DNA of 43,856 nt from NCBI GenBank assembly GCA_964490075.1, contig CAZBBK010000046.1, forward strand, positions 1-43,856, read 5' to 3'. The position numbers and the translations under genes are program-made. Below are positions 40,871 through 43,856 of this stretch, piece after piece; positions within the stretch are counted from its first letter, which is position 1, and each line of letters opens with the position of its first letter. This stretch comes from an uncultured Gemmatimonadota bacterium (GTDB lineage Bacteria > GCA-2686955). The notes under the pieces were generated by a model. The model was not told the DNA's origin. It saw nothing but the letters and a program-made list of their open reading frames with translations, and searched no databases.

Positions 40871-42421
40871 ATGGCCGTACCGGATCTGATCGACGTCAGA
40901 CAAGAACGCATCCGCACTTTGCACTACACGTGGATCGCCTTCTTCGTGACCTTCTATGTGTGGTTCAACATGGCTCCTCTGGCCACCACCATGCTCAGCA
41001 GCATGGAGTGGCTGACCAGGGAGCACATCAAGGTACTGGCCATCTGCAACGTGGCCTTGACGATTCCTGCGCGCATCGTGATCGGGGCGCTGATCGATCG
41101 CTATGGACCGCGCATCGTCTTTTCTTCTCTGATGATCAGCATGTCGATACCGGCGCTCTTCTTCGCCTTTGGAAACAGCTTCATTCAGCTCTTGATCTCG
41201 CGGCTGGTGCTGGGATCGATCGGCGCCGGTTTCGTGATCGGCATTCGGATGGTGGCGCAGTGGTTTCCCAAGAGCATGGTCGGGCGTGCCGAGGGCTTCT
41301 ACGCCGGCTGGGGGAACTTCGGATCGGCTGCAGCGGCGATGACGCTGCCATGGATCGGCTTGACCTTCTTCGCCGATCAGCTCGGACTCGGCGAGGATGG
41401 ATGGCGTTGGGCGCTGGCCTTCAACGGACTGATCTCCCTGGTCTACGGCATCGCTTATCCCTTTCTGGTGCGCGACCTTCCCGGTGGAGAGAAGTTCCGC
41501 GGCACCGAGAAGACCGAGCCGATGACCGTGAGCTCGCAAGCCGACCTGGTTCGCTACCTGGCCTGGTCGTTCCCCCTGGTCGGCGCCATGGCGGTGCTCA
41601 CCTGGCGAATCAGCAACGTGATGGTCGCAGACCAGCCGCTGCTCTCGGGCGCTCCCTTGTACGCGATCTACGCGATCCTGGCGGCCGTCTACGTGGCCCA
41701 CGTCGCCAAGACATTGCAGGTAAACCTGCCGATCCTCAAGGCCGGCGTTCCGGAGAGCGAACGCTACCACTGGGGAAGTGTGGCCGCACTGAACAGCACC
41801 TACTTCGCCAACTTCGGGGCCGAGCTGGCTGTGGTATCGATGCTGCCGATGTTCTTCGAGACCACTTTCGCATCGCTGCGCGGAGCAGACGGTAGCTACC
41901 TCATGACGGCGACCTTGGCGGGGTTGATCGCATCGTCTTTCGCCTTCGTCAATCTCTTTGCGCGACCTCTGGGCGGCTTGCTCTCAGACACCATGAAGAA
42001 CAGAAAAGCGACCATGCTGGTGTACATGGCCGGCATCACTCTGGGCTTCCTGGGCATGGCCAACATCGGCACCTATGCCGATGGCGCTGCCGCCGATGCG
42101 GCCACCATCGTGCCGATGTTCGATGGATTCTGGTGGCTCGGAGTCGCCGTGGCCATCACGATTCTCTGCTCGGTCTTTGTGCAAGGAGCCGAGGGAGCGA
42201 CCTTCGCGATCATCCCGATGGTGAAGAAGGAAATGACGGGACAGATCGCTGGCATGGCCGGAGCCTACGGAAACGTGGGTGCTGTTTGCTACCTGGTGCT
42301 CTACTCTCTGGTGGACGCCAAGACCTTCTTCTACGCCATTGCCGTGGGCGCGTTTTTGAGCCTGATCTACTGCTGGATCGCACTCGAGGAGCCGAAAGAT
42401 GCGTTCTCTGAAGAGATTTGA
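40871..42421 (+). CDS. narK: Second nitrate/nitrite MFS transporter, NarK1/NrtP-like type
   Basis: LHYTWIAFFVTFYVWFNMAP, signature Arg in TIPARI and LFARPLGG, GWGNFGS, FGAELAVVSMLP, QGAEGATFA, GAYGNVG. Confidence 0.9.
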   Translation: MAVPDLIDVRQERIRTLHYTWIAFFVTFYVWFNMAPLATTMLSSMEWLTREHIKVLAICNVALTIPARIVIGALIDRYGPRIVFSSLMISMSIPALFFAFGNSFIQLLISRLVLGSIGAGFVIGIRMVAQWFPKSMVGRAEGFYAGWGNFGSAAAAMTLPWIGLTFFADQLGLGEDGWRWALAFNGLISLVYGIAYPFLVRDLPGGEKFRGTEKTEPMTVSSQADLVRYLAWSFPLVGAMAVLTWRISNVMVADQPLLSGAPLYAIYAILAAVYVAHVAKTLQVNLPILKAGVPESERYHWGSVAALNSTYFANFGAELAVVSMLPMFFETTFASLRGADGSYLMTATLAGLIASSFAFVNLFARPLGGLLSDTMKNRKATMLVYMAGITLGFLGMANIGTYADGAAADAATIVPMFDGFWWLGVAVAITILCSVFVQGAEGATFAIIPMVKKEMTGQIAGMAGAYGNVGAVCYLVLYSLVDAKTFFYAIAVGAFLSLIYCWIALEEPKDAFSEEI

Positions 42422-42431
42422 GCGAGGGATC

Positions 42432-42932
42432 ATGAGCAACAGATCGCCACTCGCAAGACTGATGCTGCTGGTTCCGCTCTGTTTCGCGGCGTGCGCACCG
42501 CCGGGTGCCTCCGATCCCGACATGGTGCATCTGTTGCTGCCGGAAGGCAATGCCGAGGCTGGCCGCAAGGCGCTCGCGGACCTGCGATGTGTCGCCTGTC
42601 ACACGGTTCGCGGAGAGGATGCGCTTGCCGAGCTCTCGAAGGGACAGCCGGGCCCGATGCTCGGGGGCAGCGAGATGGCGGGCCTCTCCCGCGGTGCTCT
42701 GGCGACCGCACTGATCGCGCCCGCCCACGTCAACGCGGAGGTCGTCGAACTGTGGACCGACTGGTCGGATCGACAACGCGTTTGGCTGGGACCGGGGCAC
42801 CAGTTCGACGGCGGTGCGCTCGACGCGGAGATGGAGCGATCGCGGATGCGCGACTACCGCTCGGTGATGACGGTGCAGCAGCTCTGCGATCTGGTCGCCT
42901 TTCTGCAGCAGGTGAGCGCGGCGCCCAAGTAG
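42432..42932 (+). CDS. Monoheme c-type cytochrome lipoprotein
   Basis: Lipobox-like FAAC after a basic/hydrophobic leader, LPEGNAEAGR...CVACH, distal Met in SRMRDY, then MTVQQLCDLVAFL. Starts 10 nt after the narK stop. Confidence 0.82.
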   Translation: MSNRSPLARLMLLVPLCFAACAPPGASDPDMVHLLLPEGNAEAGRKALADLRCVACHTVRGEDALAELSKGQPGPMLGGSEMAGLSRGALATALIAPAHVNAEVVELWTDWSDRQRVWLGPGHQFDGGALDAEMERSRMRDYRSVMTVQQLCDLVAFLQQVSAAPK

Positions 42933-42936
42933 AAGG

Positions 42937-43215
42937 GGCGACTTCCCCATAATCCGCCACCCAATTCGTGACCGGGTCGTGCGGATCTTGGCCCCAGTCG
43001 AGGCGCCGCGCCGCGCCGATTCAGCTGCGAGCGACTCCGAGTCGCTCGTCTGCCGCAATCGGCGCCCAGGGGGCGGCCGAAGGGCCGCCATCTGGCGTCT
43101 TGAGCGTAGGCGCAGTAGAGCTACGTTGAGCATCAGATCGGTGCGATCAACGAAGGACAAGGCCAAGAGGCGCATAGCGAATCGCGAATTGGGTGGCGGA
43201 TTATGGGAAGCCGCC
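42937..43215. mobile_element. MITE-like element with ~34-bp terminal inverted repeats
   Basis: Left GGCGACTTCCCCATAATCCGCCACCCAATTCGTGA (42937-42971) matches the reverse complement of 43182-43215 (GGCGGCTTCCCATAATCCGCCACCCAATTCGCGA) with 2 mismatches and 1 indel. No transposase-length ORF lies between them. Confidence 0.75.
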
Positions 43216-43328
43216 GTGCAGGAATCTGTTGGGCACGAAGCAGAATCCACCTTCGATTCTACGCACCCGCTCGGGTAGAACGGGTCCGCGGTGGGGACGG
43301 TTGCGGCGGGGTTCAGGCATTGGCCGGT

Positions 43329-43670
43329 CGGGTCCCGTAGTGAGGGTCCATCGATGCGAATCGTGGGACACCGGTGGTGGTGGAGCCGGTAGACCTCGGG
43401 GATGTAGAAGAGAAGCGGCTTGAGTGTCGGTTTCTCGGCGGGGTAGAGCCCAATCGGTTTGGCGTGCAGGTGTCGCTTGTATCTTCCGTTGACCTGGTTG
43501 CACCACGTGGCGAGCTGTCGATGGAGATCGGCGGGATCGTCGAAGGTACGACCGGCGTAGAAGTCGTTCTCGATGTAGTGAGAAGGCCGCTCGATACGAG
43601 CCGAACGGTTTGCATCGCCAACTTCATGAGCCCGAAACACGAAGTCGAACCGATCGGCAAAGGCCTTCAT
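43329..43670 (-). mobile_element. IS21-family remnant: istA core fragment joined to a probable istB C-terminal tail
   Basis: AHEVGDANRSARIERP.HYIENDFYAGRTF...L..WC..VN is an IstA integrase-core half. HHRCPTIRIDGPSLR resembles the IstB C-terminal motif. Confidence 0.7.
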
Positions 43671-43856
43671 CAGCTCTCGTGCAGCTCCCTCAGGCGCCGG
43701 GCCTCCTCGATCGCCGAGCGCCGCCCCGATCCCTCCGGACGCGCGGCGAGCAAGAGTGCCTCGGGCTCTCCAAGTTCCAGCTCGATGGCGCGGACCGTGT
43801 CAGGGTCGCGTCACTCCGCTCGGCCGCACCGGGTCGGTGGCGACGGATTTCCGGGT

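Noticed and set aside
42210-43670. 486-aa minus-strand ORF as one gene
   Set aside because: It is a chance read-through of the IS21 remnant, the MITE and the antisense of the cytochrome c and narK genes.

Overview
High-GC bacterial chromosomal window in three blocks. (1) 1-12.5 kb is mostly housekeeping: a decayed beta-helix gene, tRNA-Met(CAT), tilS-hpt-ftsH-folP-cdaA, a convergent SCP2-type thiolase / membrane protein / rlmN unit, and an AlkZ-like HTH_42 glycosylase. (2) 12.6-19.7 kb is accessory: a frameshifted ~1,090-codon secreted glycoside-hydrolase-like/DNRLRE gene, an LVIVD-repeat protein and two transposase remnants. (3) 19.8-42.9 kb is a respiratory island bounded by IS debris. It holds a hemerythrin, a two-component pair (kinase with a 4-Cys PAS region; NtrC-like regulator lacking GAFTGA) and a tightly coupled 14-gene, ~18.6 kb operon: narC-narG-narH-narJ-narI-narK-actA-actB-actC-actD-actE-actF-narK-cytochrome c. 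The main finding is a complete Alternative Complex III inside a nitrate reductase operon with no oxygen reductase genes in the window. Its ActB keeps an N-terminal CxxCxxxC-x27-C Fe-S motif, and its NarG resembles the clade that also contains Nitrobacter-type NxrA. All calls come from motif reading and recalled family knowledge; no searches were run, so novelty is unverified.
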